From: Pseudogymnoascus verrucosus
Lineage: Eukaryota
DNA length: 32,305 nt
Direction: 5' to 3' (one strand)
Assembly: GCA_001662655.1 (NCBI GenBank)
Contig: KV460241.1
This document shows, in pieces, positions 12,683 to 25,692 of this stretch. Numbering within the stretch: position 1 is the stretch's first letter; every line of letters begins with the position of its first letter. The position numbers and the translations under genes were made by a program. The notes under the pieces were generated by a model that was given only the letters and a program-made list of their open reading frames with translations, was not told the DNA's origin and made no database searches.

Positions 12683-14070
12683 ATGACTTCCATAGTAAGC
12701 CAGCCCATACCGTCTCCCTTTCCCTGCATATCCAGCCCGCCTTCACTTTTGCGATCTTCAACCCCCACATCCACATACCCCCGTACCTCTCCCTCACTCA
12801 ACCCTCCCCCTTTACAAATTCCAAACCACAGCCAGACCTCAGCCAGATCTCAACTAACCCTCTCTCTCTCCAGCTCTGCCTTGCGCACTACTGCGACACC
12901 CACGGCCCAACCCCCCTAATGGTGACCGAAGAGCTCCCCGTCCCCTGCACAACCTGCCTCGACCCCCCCACCTACCCCGACACCCCCCTCCCCTCCGCCT
13001 CTCTCTCCCGCAACCCCTCCGGCTCCTTCAGCTCCCCAACAACATCCATCCAGCTCTCGCGCCCTCACCCCCCCTCACCCACCCCCTCCACCCCGCCCGC
13101 CTCCCCCCGCATGGCACCACGCATCCACCGCCGCGACTCCTCCTTCCGAAAAACCTACGACGAAGCAGATCGCAAGCGCGCTATCCCCTGCGAAAACTGC
13201 GCCCTCACCCTCCCCCGCAAAGTCTCCCCCTCACCCTCAGCATCCGCCTCGAATTCCCCCTCCATACCCCCACCCCCCGCAGACGACTCCACCTCCCCCA
13301 TCCTCCGAACTCGCAAACCCTTCGCACTCATCTCCTCCGCCTCCTCAACACCAAAACACTCCCCCTCCGACTCCGACGAACCGGACGCCCCCCCCGGCCC
13401 TGCGCTCTCGCGCCGCAGACGGTCCATTCCGCGCTCGGTGGCATCAGCGGGTGATTCTCAGAAACATACGCATTACCTCGACTACACATCCTCTCACGAC
13501 CCGTCTTCCGCGACGACATTCTCCCTCCTCCGCGCTGCGTGCCTGCGCACCTTATCCTGCGAGACGCTCCCGCCTTCCTCGCCTACCCCACAACCCGCCG
13601 GTGGCCCACTATTCTTCGGCGACCCCCTAGCCGGGTATACAACCGCCTTCCTCTTTCGCATACCAGATCCCTGGGCGAGGGGTCGGAGACGCGTGTATGC
13701 GTTTTTATGTCTCAGCGTCCTAAGCGAGCGCAAAGCCATGCGTGTCTTCGGCTTCCTCGCCGGCGCATTCAGGGAGTTAGCAGGATGGATACAAGGCCTC
13801 GCCGAGGCGGGGAACTCGGAGAGTGGTATCGCTGAGGGGATTGATGAGGAAGGCGGTGGTGGTGGTGGTGCTGGTAACAGAGGAAGAGAGGGAGAGCCGA
13901 GGATACGGAGTAGTTTCCTCGGGAGTAGGGGGGATGAGAGGGGGAGGGGGGTGAGGGCAAGGGGGTTGGCGGAGGTTGTGGGGAAGCCGGACTTTTTTAT
14001 CGAGTTGCATGTTAGGTTTGTGGCGTTGGCGGCGCAGTTGAGGTTTTTGGTTGAGGGGGGGCAGGGGTGA
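12683..14070 (+). CDS. LST7: Folliculin/Lst7-like protein; exons 12683-12694, 12874-14070; ~402 aa
   Basis: The spliced N-terminus MTSILCLAHYCDTHGPTPLMVTE matches the folliculin N-terminal motif. Also present are CENC, LRAACLRTLSCE, GGPLFFGD, DPWARGRRRVYA and ARGLAEVVGKPDFFIELH. The intron has a GTAAGC donor, a CTAAC branch site and a CAG acceptor. Confidence 0.85.
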
Positions 14071-14830
14071 GAGGTGCCTGCCCACCTACCGATACCGATA
14101 CGGACTGCTGTGATCTGCTTCTACGAGAGATGAGATGGCTGAGGTGGATGAGGATGAGGGAAGAGATGGAAGAGATGAGAAGAGACGACACGACCTCAAC
14201 GCATCAACGAGCGATTAGATTCTCCCGTTCGAATCGGGACGGAAGAGAGTGAGAGAAAGAGAGAAAGTGTGTATTTTTATATGTACGGAAACCGGAAACC
14301 GGAAAACGGGCAGCATGGGGAACTGAGATGGACTGAAATGATCTGAGCTGGGGGGAATATTATAGACACAAGGCCATTGCTCCGCCTTCGGTATGGGTTT
14401 TTTTGTTTGGCATTTGGGATTTGTTTGGTTTTTGGCGCGCGGGGGAGCGAGAGCGGGTGTTGTTTTAAAAGGGGGGGGGGGTGATACCTGGGGGTTGGGG
14501 GTGGGATGGGATAGGATGGGATGGGATGATTAGATGTGGAGTGGAGTGGACGTGTATTATATGTGTTTATGGGTTATGGTGATGAGTGTTTATATATGGA
14601 ATCGAAGGTTTTACAGGTCAAGCTTTTTTTGACTAGTCTGCTCTCCTCTGCTTGTCTATGCTTGCTTGCTTTCTTGTGCACACTCATGAACAGCAGCTAT
14701 GGTTGGTAGAGGAAATGGGAAATGTATATTTGTTCACTCTCTGCTTTATCTGCTCGCGTGTTTGGTAGGTTGGTAGGGGATGGGATATGAGCTGTGATGT
14801 GAGAAAGCAAAAAAATAAATAAAAATAAAA

Positions 14831-14907
14831 ACATAGAACAGTAGGTATTCACTGGTAGTAACCCACCCAACTACTAATCCACCGATCTCAAGTTTGTGTA
14901 TGGCAGA
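14831..14907 (-). rRNA. 5S rRNA: 5S rRNA gene fragment: 3' ~77 nt only, 5' ~42 nt missing, degenerate
   Basis: The minus strand reads TCTGCCATACACAAACTTGAGATCGGTGGATTAGTAGTTGGGTGGGTTACTACCAGTGAATACCTACTGTTCTATGT followed by T-runs, as for a Pol III terminator. By eye this matches the 3' part of Pezizomycotina 5S (..TAGTAGTTGGG..GGTGAC.ACCAGCGAATCCC...TGTTGTATGT). The expected 5' part (ACATACGACCAT...ATCCCGTCCGC) is replaced by unrelated sequence. Confidence 0.85.
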
Positions 14908-15029
14908 CCTACAAGCAACCACTTGCTTTTTACTTCGGTCGGTGACATAGTGCGGGAGCGTCGCCGCCTTAAGTTTTTGATGCTCTCACGATAATCCAGT
15001 TATCACCCTCAGTTCCGTGATAGCGACTA

Positions 15030-15241
15030 CGTTAACAACATAAGATGTAGGTCCCTTATTAAGACGCGATGGACGTAACGCACTGCGACTTTAGATAGCT
15101 ATAGAGAGTTTGGGTGATCTAGGTGAGCGGGGTGAGCAGGGTGATTAAGGGTAAGTAAGGGTGAGCGCAGGTGAGGCTTGAAAGTAGTATAAAGACAGAC
15201 TCCCTATTACCTTTACTTTTTATAGTCTGCTATCTATAACA
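15030..15241 (+). mobile_element. Probable RIP-mutated solo LTR; left boundary uncertain
   Basis: About six GGTGAG-like short repeats at 15112-15176, then TATAAAG at ~15188 and a terminal ATAACA at 15236-15241. The region is TpA-rich. No target-site duplication was found. Confidence 0.4.
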
Positions 15242-15636
15242 TTCTCAACTCCTTTATAAGGACCTACTTCCTGCTATAATAGGACAGACGGTAATGTCTA
15301 GACAGGATTATCTTAATCTAGTAAAGAAGCAAGGGCTTTTTATGCAGTGCTTACCTAATGAACAGAAAGTGAAGAACTAGGTTAAATAGCGTTGTCTTAG
15401 CAATGCTGCTAAAAACAAGCATAAGGAAGTAGCAAATTTTGACTTAACCAAAGAGTGTAACCTTGACATATTATATTGTTCCTAATGGATATGCAAGGAA
15501 ACAAGCTGTTAATAGGATTTAGAGATATAAGGACCTGCTTCATCTAATCTAGAGTTGAATCCATCCGCTCACTATAGTCTTTAAATGAGCCCTAATTGTC
15601 TTCTGGTTTATTGTCAACACCTGCCCTTATAGCACA

Positions 15637-17527
15637 CTATCTTATTTTCCTAAACAACACATTCTTCGTTGGATCAGCCACTACATTAACCTCAAAGAGA
15701 ATGTTCTTCGGCCTCCCCACCGCTCCTTCCTCAAACTTAATTTCATAGTGTCTGAGTATATAGACAAGTATAATCTTGATCTGGTTACTAGCAAAAAACC
15801 TCCCTGGACAGGCATCATTTCCAAGCCCAAACTGCATAGAATCAAACGACGGGCTCGCAAACTGGTATTTATTAGTATCCTCAGGTTTACTACGCAACTT
15901 GTAGAAGCGGAATCCATCAAAGGAAAGTGGATCACCCCAAGAGGGGGGCGATTCCTCGAGGATGTTGGTGTTACATTGGACGATTGTGCCGCTAGGGATA
16001 TGAAAGCCGTTAGAGAGTTTCACAGGTACGAGAGCTTTTCGCTGGAAAGTAGCTACACAACGCGAAACAAGAAGGTCAGTTAAATAACCTCTCGTGGGGT
16101 CTATAGATCCTTATTGAAACTCACCGATCGATGGCGGATTATGCCTCTGACTTTCTTTCATGAAACTATCCAGCCGCCTCAACTGCGTCAAACACTGTTT
16201 TGTGAAGGTCCCGCCACTCATTTTCAATACATTTTCGATTTCTTCTCTCAAAGGCTCGACATATTCCGGCCTTGCCGCCAGATCATAAATCGCATGAATG
16301 ACGGCCATCCTAGTCGTGTGAATCGCAGCTGTTGCCGCCAACATCTGCAAGTTCGCCTGCTCCTTCGTATCCACAGTCTTGTCTCCTGATTTCCTTGCGC
16401 GGTCCTGAATCCACTGGATCATATCATTCGGCTTGACATACTTGTCTCCTTGACGCGATTCTTCTTCCGCTCGAGATTTGAGGACGGGAAGCAGAAGAGT
16501 GTGTGCAAAGGCATGGTCAGATCGTATGCGGCGGACCTCAGGGATGAAGTATTGGGCCACAGGTCGCAAGATTGGTTTCCAGGTCTTGAGTTTCTCTCCG
16601 CCAATCATAACGTCAGCTGCGAAGGTGGTTGTACAGTTAAGCCATTCCTTGTTTCGGTTGAGTGCTGGACCAACAAAAATTAGAGCGGAGGCTTGGGCGA
16701 CGATGTGAGGAAGCTTGTCGTTAAGGTTGATGGGTGTCCAATCTGTTCCCCAGTTAGCTATGGACCAAAGATTGAATTATGCATAATGTTGGTTGGCATG
16801 CCTTCGCAGTCTGGGAATTGGGTCTGGAAGCAATATTTTACCTCGTCTGCAACGTCCACAACGAATGTGCCTAGAAGTTGGCACTGTATTAGTTAATTCC
16901 TAGCAAGAACCATATCTTGGGAAGAGCCAGAGAGTGTTGCTAATGGTATAGGTAGTGTAAAAACACAACTTCACAAACCTAGATGTCGATTGAGATCAAT
17001 TTTGATCGAGTTCAGTCCTGTTTGGCTTTCGTGGTCTATCGTTGTGTATTCACCTAAAAGCCGCTACGAATACAACACTCAAGTCAGCCATAAGATCTAA
17101 AAATGGCCCTCATGTGAAGAACATAAATTGGGCTCTAACATCTGTAGTTGCCTTCATTCCACTCATTTCATGTCGTGGATAGCCCTTGAGCTCATTTGCA
17201 AAGCTTCGGGGAAGGAATAAACGCGGTCCATCTGGTGTCATGACTTGAAAAATTGATGCTGGGAACTAAGAAAACGAAATGTGAGCTGCAATCCACATTT
17301 GTTAGAGAATCATCGAAAACCTTATCATAGCCCTCTCGAAGGAGCGTATCGGCTTCGTGGACGTATTTTGCTTTCATCTTACTCATGTCTCTATCCTCCA
17401 CGCCCACGAATGGCACATTAAATGATTTGGTGGGTCTTAAAATCATCGATAGCAGAGCGACCAAGATGAGGAGCCCGCCAGTAGCTAATGGCGCTGGCGC
17501 AAAGAGAGCATCAAAATATGACCCCAT
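15637..17527 (-). CDS. Cytochrome P450 of the terpenoid-tailoring, ent-kaurene-oxidase-like type; exons 17527-17321, 17265-17140, 17063-16979, 16870-16802, 16742-16125, 16052-15637; ~506 aa
   Basis: N-terminal TM anchor, I-helix AAIHTT, ExxR (KESQR), FDGFRF and heme motif FGLGNDACPG. The six exons splice in frame, with intron 4 being GC-AG. Confidence 0.9.
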
Positions 17528-18329
17528 CTCTGGAGCCTTTGAGCGTCAATTTCTGAAGTACTGCAACTTGCAAATTATTGTCTATTCAAGTAAAGTAGAA
17601 TTTCAAACAGCTGCGCAGATATTTTCAATACAAGTATGTCATTAACATAAAGGCAAGCAAATTTATCAACTTTCAAAAGAATTGTTATTGAAGAGATCAA
17701 ACCCTATGCATACACTAGTATCACGCGCATTTTCTCGAGAGAGTTAGCACCTTCCCTAAGTAAGCATCGAAATTCTAAAACCCTTGCTAGGACAATTAAA
17801 TCGGTAACGTGACATTTCATGGTGACATACCTTGTGGATCATTCACATCATAGCGACGGTAGGTATTAGCCACAGCAACATAATACGAGGCTTAATGTCC
17901 AAATAAATGTAACTATCGTATCTTTATCGCGCGATCGTTAACAATGCTACCTTGTCATGTCACCATATAACCTCATTCTGTCAGTAATGCCCCTGTCAAA
18001 ATAAACTTCGGGCTTTTGTAACCTAATAGGTCTGATACGTTCCTTTGTTGACTCGAGAGTTCCCCCTGAAGATGGTAGCCAAGAGGGGTAGACGCCATTT
18101 CTCCGGTGGCACAGCGTCTTCTCCTTATTGCTCTGACTGAGTAGGGTTTCAATCCTACGATGGTCAGATTTGGTGAAAGTTTGGAGATGATGGGTTTTGT
18201 ATAAAGTATAGAATAAGATAATTTTCTTTATTTTCTTCCTTCCAGTTCGCCAGCAAATTCTCTGTTACAATCTAAATCCACTCCAACTCCTGTCACGAAA
18301 TTTTCGAAGTCCCATTCCCACTGCCCAAT
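17528..18329. promoter_or_regulatory. Divergent promoter region of the P450 and the terpene cyclase
   Basis: About 800 bp between head-to-head ATGs. TATAAAG at ~18200 is followed by a pyrimidine tract upstream of the cyclase. Confidence 0.5.
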
Positions 18330-19897
<1,568 letters not shown>

Positions 19898-20470
19898 GTT
19901 TGATAAACCAACTTTAGATGTTAGATATAAATTGCAGTCTTTCCTTCCGATGCTCATTGTATCTGCCGTATTGCCTTCGGCATGGCAAACTTAAAGATCA
20001 AATATAAATTTAATATAGCTACGATACATGATTCAAATTTCTTTTGGCATTTTAAATTGCTCTTTTCTTACGACTTTAGTTCGCAATCTGTGGCCGAGAT
20101 GCCTCTCGTCACCGCGTTCATCGATATAATCGAATATGGACTAAGCATCGTCAACTAAGGCACAAAGAACTGCATCTGTTGATATTTTGTCTAATAGGTG
20201 GAATTATCTGGCTATAAGTCAATGAATGCATCAACATTTCAAAATTAGACTTGGATTATTTCTTGCCTTTTATAGTGATCTGATCATACGGTTTAGATCT
20301 CAACGACGAGCTATCACTTTGCCTGCTTTATCATTTACTTGCCATTTATTACTTTGATTTTGATAAGAATGTCTGCAAAATGGATAGTTCCATGAGGCAA
20401 ATATGAATGAAAGACTCTTTATGTAATGTATAAATCAAGGTGTATTTCACCGTGAAAAGTGTCCTATCTA

Positions 20471-21769
20471 CTAAGCTGGTACCTCTAACACTCCTACATG
20501 AAGCACCTCCTCAATCGTAGGAGCAGCTTGGAGAGGCTCAAGAACACGAGTTTGATCAAGATGAACACTTCCATACCTAAGGTAGGCAGCAAAAGTTCCA
20601 GGTTCATTATCGGCGTGATGGTTCTTTGGGTCGTCCCATAAGTCAGCCAAAAAGGAGCTTAACGCACCAGGCGGCCCATGAGACAGCTTCATGGTGGAAG
20701 TATTCGCCAGCATATCATCCACAAATTTCTCCGCCTCGAGATATTTTTCATCATGCACACCATCACGCCTCGTGGCAAGGAGATCAAATTGCTTGATGCC
20801 ATTCCAGCCAGTCATCATCTGGAAATAGTATGTCTCCTGCATAGCCGGCACAAGAAACATGTTCTCTCGGTAGTATTTTGGGCCATCGAAACCATCAGCA
20901 GGGTCAACCAGTTTGCGAAGTCTCTCAAAGCAAAGGAAATGCGCCAAGTAGTCACTAAAGGCTTCCATTAATACCCCAAGATCTGGGCAATTTAGCTTGT
21001 CTACCGGAGGCGATAGGAGAGGTAAGTGGCGGAGTAGCGGATGAGCATGAAACCCTTTGCTTTCCGTGACACCTTCCCAGAGGGCAACATAAATATCATG
21101 CCACCGTTTTATGAAACCGTTTCCTCGCTTAGCAGCAATGAAGCCATTCAACATCGCGTCAACACCGGGTCGGATCTCGATGACAAAACCGGCCATTTGA
21201 TATGGCGTGTTTGTATCCTCAATTGTTTTCCAGCAGATATCGTCGATGTGTCTGAAGAGGAAAGTGCCGGCGTCCATCCAGACTCCTCCATAGAGATAAA
21301 GAAGAGGGAGGCGGATCAAGTCTGCTGAGTGGGGACCGACGTGAGGACCACTCATAGTGTGCTCATTGAAAGCAGCTGGAAAGAAGGAAGAATCGATGAT
21401 GTGGGAAATGTTGGTAGCAGATCCGGGGACACGATCGAGAATGTGGACAGTCCATTCAGGTCCGAGTCGACGCACCCAGTTGATCACATTTCGCTGGACC
21501 CAGGGAGACATTTGCGAGAAGCCTGAATGCCAAAATGCCCACACATTTTTGTCAGAGGTGATTGGATGAGGTGTTTGAAGCCATGCAGTAATCTCTTGGT
21601 CGGATCGTATATCGAGCCTTGAAGAAGGTACCAGAACTAGATCTGAGCTTTTAAGTGATTGGGGTGTTAACGGTGTTGATGTTGTTGATGTTGTCGATGA
21701 CTCTAGCTCGCTTGTTGATACCATGTCGGGATTGGTAAGGTCCCCAGTCAATTCCTGTGTACGAGGCAT
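20471..21769 (-). CDS. Glycosyltransferase of the capsule-polysaccharide-synthesis/GT32-like family; 432 aa, single exon
   Basis: KNVWAFWHSG...NVINWVRRLGPEWTVHILD and ADLIRLPLLYLYGGVWMDAG, the latter matching the GT32-like D..R...L...GG.W.D signature. Confidence 0.85.
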   Translation of the reverse strand: MPRTQELTGDLTNPDMVSTSELESSTTSTTSTPLTPQSLKSSDLVLVPSSRLDIRSDQEITAWLQTPHPITSDKNVWAFWHSGFSQMSPWVQRNVINWVRRLGPEWTVHILDRVPGSATNISHIIDSSFFPAAFNEHTMSGPHVGPHSADLIRLPLLYLYGGVWMDAGTFLFRHIDDICWKTIEDTNTPYQMAGFVIEIRPGVDAMLNGFIAAKRGNGFIKRWHDIYVALWEGVTESKGFHAHPLLRHLPLLSPPVDKLNCPDLGVLMEAFSDYLAHFLCFERLRKLVDPADGFDGPKYYRENMFLVPAMQETYYFQMMTGWNGIKQFDLLATRRDGVHDEKYLEAEKFVDDMLANTSTMKLSHGPPGALSSFLADLWDDPKNHHADNEPGTFAAYLRYGSVHLDQTRVLEPLQAAPTIEEVLHVGVLEVPA

Positions 21770-23514
21770 CTTAGATAAAATTTGGTATAGGATAGAAAGC
21801 AGACGATATTTGCTCCAAAAATAGTTATCGTATATATTTCCGTGACTTTTCTATGATACTGCGTATTAACTTTATATCCTAACTATAGGCGCAGTCACCT
21901 TCAAGTACCACAAGGCATGTTTTAGTACGGATTAGGATTTGTAGTGCTTCTATGATGAATTGTTTGTGGACTAGTTGGCGAAGGAGACGTTTCTATTCAT
22001 GGGGTTAAGGTGTCTCCTTGTACGGACTAGATGATGTAACGTTATCTAAACTTGTGATGCATGAATTCTCAATTTATCATCGTCTACGACCCTTCAGGGG
22101 AACTGCGTGCTAGTGCACCTAGGAGCTATGACAGTGGATACCCTAATATACTATGAAGTGTCCGTTCGTATTGGCTCAGGCTTGGGTCGTGGTAAGTACC
22201 TATATGCAGCCACTGAATTCTATCACAGCTGAAGCTGAGGGATTTCGGTTCGTCAAGGTTTTCTGAGGAAACCCCCCGAGCTCTATAATTAGTATACGTA
22301 GCCCCCTTAGGTAGTGTGGTAATTCAATTTTATCTTATATACTGTAATGTTGAGCTTTCTGACCGCTACGCCAAAAACCAGAAGTTCCGGTCACTAGAGA
22401 CGCCCTACAATTTGTCTGCGTCCTCATATTCTGGTACTTCAACAAATCGGTTGCATGTCGTTTTGTACCTCTCTGTTGATAAACGAACTCGTTTCGATTG
22501 ATTCGGTCATGACGTCAACTCTGACTTTCGGTTTGCCTTCATAAGAAATGAGAGTGAGGGGCGAAGAAAGGGAGGCCAAGGTGTTAAGGGAACCTTTGTT
22601 TTCTCAAGGAAAGAGGGGATACAGGAAACGTGTGATGCACGGATGCACGAATACATTGGCACGTGGTATACACACGTGGTTTACATGTAGGACAGCGTGA
22701 TTTCCGACTGCGCGAACCAAACGTAGAATTAATGGGACTACGGCCTTTACCTATGCCGTGGTGTTTTATGTGTGTTATGTGTGCGTGTTGCTCCTCAATA
22801 GGACGGTAATAAACGATGATGCCGATGAGCACGAGGGGGTATGCACACGTATCATCGTTCCTAACGCTCATGGGCCATTCACACTGTTCATGCCAGTTTA
22901 GGCAGCAGTTTTCACTTGAGCTTGAAAATGAGACAATCCTCGTGCAAACCCAAATAACACGGGATGACGCTTTACCCAGCACTGTATCACACACCATATG
23001 TAGAAGTATAGGCGCTGTCCCTAGACTTTACTATATTGTTCACAGCTTCAAATTCGACTATGATGAAGCACATGTTTAGTTTAAATTTGCATGTCTGGCG
23101 TTTGGATGCTTGCGCGACCTGTAAGGTAGTGAAATTTAAATAAGTTAGGTATGTGATCTTGGGATCCAGGTGCGCACGAACTAACCATGGATAAGGTATA
23201 TGTACAGTACAGCAAAACAGCGACTCACGAAACACCTAGAAAAGTGCAAGGTATTGAGCGACAAATTCTATGCGACAAACTCAGATAAGCTTAGCATAGT
23301 GAGGTCAATCCATCCTGCAAGTATTTAAATGTTCTTGGACCCCCTCCCTAGACAAAGTGTGCAATGCCACCTTTTGCTCTCGTATTTACTGGGCTCCGCT
23401 AGTCCACTATCTAAGCTCATTCGACAACGCTGTCCGGCGCTTATTTAAGACCGCTAAAATTAACCTGCGACTTTTTAACCTTCATACTCAAATACCAAAA
23501 ATACTCAAAAGTCA

Positions 23515-24210
23515 ATGGCGACTTTCCATCCCTTCCCCCGCCTTACCCTCGAACTACGCATCCAGATCTGGGGATTCGCGACGGAGGATCGAGTTCTTAG
23601 AGTCAGAAAAACATGGAATCACAACCAAGGTTATTGGTCTCCCACTGCAGTACCAGCTGTAACCAGAGCATGTTCGGAATCCCGCGAACATTGCAGCTAC
23701 CGAAAAGCCTTTATCATTAACTCGTCTCCACGCTACATTTGGGCGAACTTTGATTGCGACGTTATACAGATGAGAAGCAGACTACTAGCAGACAAAAATA
23801 TCCTGGAAAGAGATGAGGTTAGGCATTTAAGGATTGAGTTAGTGAATGAACAGGGGTTGGATGAGTCAGAATTTTTCTACCACAACCACGTTCACAAACT
23901 CCCCGATTTCCCTAAGCTAGAGAGCTTTAATCTCTTAGTGAGTGATGGGTTGTGGCCGCAGTGGACAGACTTTATTAAAGAGACGTACTGGGGAGCGTGT
24001 CCAAGGAGGAATGTTCGGATTGTGGATAGGAGGACAGGGGAGTGGATTGATGAGGAGACGAGCGGGGCGTACCATGACTACCGTGATAGTAATGGGGGGA
24101 AAAACGATAATTATACGAGGGTGGTGGATGATGAGGAAGAGGAGGAGGGGAGGATGGAAGCGATGAAACGGCTTCAGATACCCCTGCCGCGGATTGATTT
24201 GGATTATTGA
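23515..24210 (+). CDS. 2EXR-domain protein, 231 aa
   Basis: The N-terminus MATFHPFPRLTLELRIQIW and ...PAVTRACSESRE...IWANFDCD fit the 2EXR family pattern F.LFP.LP.ELR..IW...C.ESR...F..D. Confidence 0.8.
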   Translation: MATFHPFPRLTLELRIQIWGFATEDRVLRVRKTWNHNQGYWSPTAVPAVTRACSESREHCSYRKAFIINSSPRYIWANFDCDVIQMRSRLLADKNILERDEVRHLRIELVNEQGLDESEFFYHNHVHKLPDFPKLESFNLLVSDGLWPQWTDFIKETYWGACPRRNVRIVDRRTGEWIDEETSGAYHDYRDSNGGKNDNYTRVVDDEEEEEGRMEAMKRLQIPLPRIDLDY

Positions 24211-24239
24211 TAGTACCGATACTATCACTGTAACGATCA

Positions 24240-25240
24240 TTCAATAGCACTGTAACTCTAGTGGCAATATCAAGTGGGCGATATCGACCAAGTTGAGTTG
24301 CTTCTCGAAAGTGTCGTGTTTCTGCTTCGGCAGTGGCTTTGTGAAGCCGTCTGCTATCATCTGGGAGGTCGAGACCCAGCTGATCTTGATATTTCCTAGC
24401 TGGACCTGTTCCCGTAGCCAATGTCCATGAATATAAAACGTGGCGTAGCTTTGTAAGCAGCTTGATCGATGATTGATTCATGAGCCGGACTGTCTGTAGG
24501 TTGTCGCAGCTGATTGTAGAGTCCTCGTTTAGTTCTAGTTCAACCTGCTTGAATAGTCTCTTCCACTATATCAGCTGTGTAGCTGCGTCTGAAGCTGCCA
24601 GAAGCTCTGATTCTGCATTGGTTCTAAACTTATTTGATTTCCAGTCCACTGATCCTCGGAATAACTTGAACAGGAAGCCTTGAGTGCTTTTCCTATCTGG
24701 ATGGTCTGCGAAGGAAGCGTCTGTAGCTGTCTCAAGTAATTTCTGTGTTCCTCGTACTATTCTGAGACCTGGTCCTGGGTCTTTTCCTGATTCTGGTCTG
24801 ATACCAGGCGGCTCCACCCCCTTAGGAAGTACGATGCTCTCTCCAGAATAGGGGTCTTCCTGATACGTCTGCCAGTGAGGATATTGCCTTCATCGACATC
24901 TAATCCAATCTCTCTCTGTACATGAATAGGGTTATCCTGGCTGTCTGTCTGGGTTTCGTGAATCGTCATCCCTAACGTTGGGTCAGGTGTAGCTATAGGG
25001 GTCGGAAACTGATTCTCATTTGGAAGTTCATATTCTGCTTCAATGTCCACCCCCTTAGCTAAGGCAGTAGCTGAGTCCGCTGGCCTAGCTGAGCCCGCTG
25101 TTTGTAGCTGCACTAGACGAGGGGCAAACACAATTGTGTCACCAATTTCGCTGTCGATGTCCACCCCATCAGCAAAGACAGCGGCTAAGTCCGCTGCTTG
25201 CAGCTGCTCTGAGCGAGGCATGCACACATAGCCCACTCCA
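24240..25240 (-). mobile_element. Ty1/copia retrotransposon pol remnant: integrase-RT linker joined to RNase H, frameshifted
   Basis: RNase H motifs DASFADHPDRKSTQGFLFKLF..SVDWKS, ESELLA, CDNLQT, TKLRHV and HWLREQV...QMIADGFTKPL are spread across frameshifts. Upstream lies the linker-like DVDEGNILTGRRIR. Confidence 0.85.
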
Positions 25241-25330
25241 TGACCTGCTCTCGATTTACATTTCCCATGTTTGATTTGGCACAGCTGGCCCCGATTCGGC
25301 CTGTATCATTCTTTGCAGTGACTTCTACAA

Positions 25331-25628
25331 TTATAGCACAATTAAGTTGGCGCATCTAATCCGCCACCTTCGGGTCTTTCTGCGCTTCCTAAAAATTTCC
25401 TTCATCCGAGAGTAGAGGTGCCTATCTTCTTCTTTCCATTTTCCACCGCCGGGGAAAACGACCCTCCGTAATCTGTTGACCCAGGGGATCAACCGTTCAT
25501 GATATGGCGTGAAGTATATTCTGTTGCCCTCTGACGAAATATCTCTTCGTCTGCCACAGTGCCTAATTTCAACTTTGCCAGTTCTTCCATATGCACATAG
25601 TTCCAATTATCAAACTGTGGAACAACAA
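25331..25628 (-). pseudogene. C-terminal remnant of a FunK1 (Sgk2-like) fungal protein kinase
   Basis: VVPQFDNWNYVHMEELAKLKLGTVADEEIF, a frameshift at ~25515, then FTPYHERLIPWVNRLRRVVFPGGGKWKEEDRHLYSRMKEIF. I recognise this from memory as the FunK1 C-terminus. The 5' part is cut off at a transposon TIR. Confidence 0.6.
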
Positions 25629-25632
25629 GCTT

Positions 25633-25664
25633 ATTTAGGTAGCTAACTCGCTTATAAAATACGT
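25633..25664. repeat. Orphan terminal inverted repeat of the same pogo family
   Basis: TTTAGGTAGCTAACTCGCTTATAAAATACGT+TA is nearly identical to the right terminus at 27501-27533. Confidence 0.8.
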
Positions 25665-25692
25665 TACTAGAATATCTAAAACTTAATAGTTA

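Noticed and set aside
15112..15176. Telomere-like GGGTRA repeats
   Set aside because: The units are irregular, about 10 bp long and lack a TTAGGG array. They are better explained as LTR-internal repeats.
15385..15440. Ankyrin-like trace (AAKNKHKEVAN, resembling a RIP-mutated AAENGHEEV)
   Set aside because: Too short and degenerate to support a call.
22316..23235. Short ORFs and a TGTTAAG possible LTR start near 22582
   Set aside because: No recognisable domain, matching terminus or target-site duplication.
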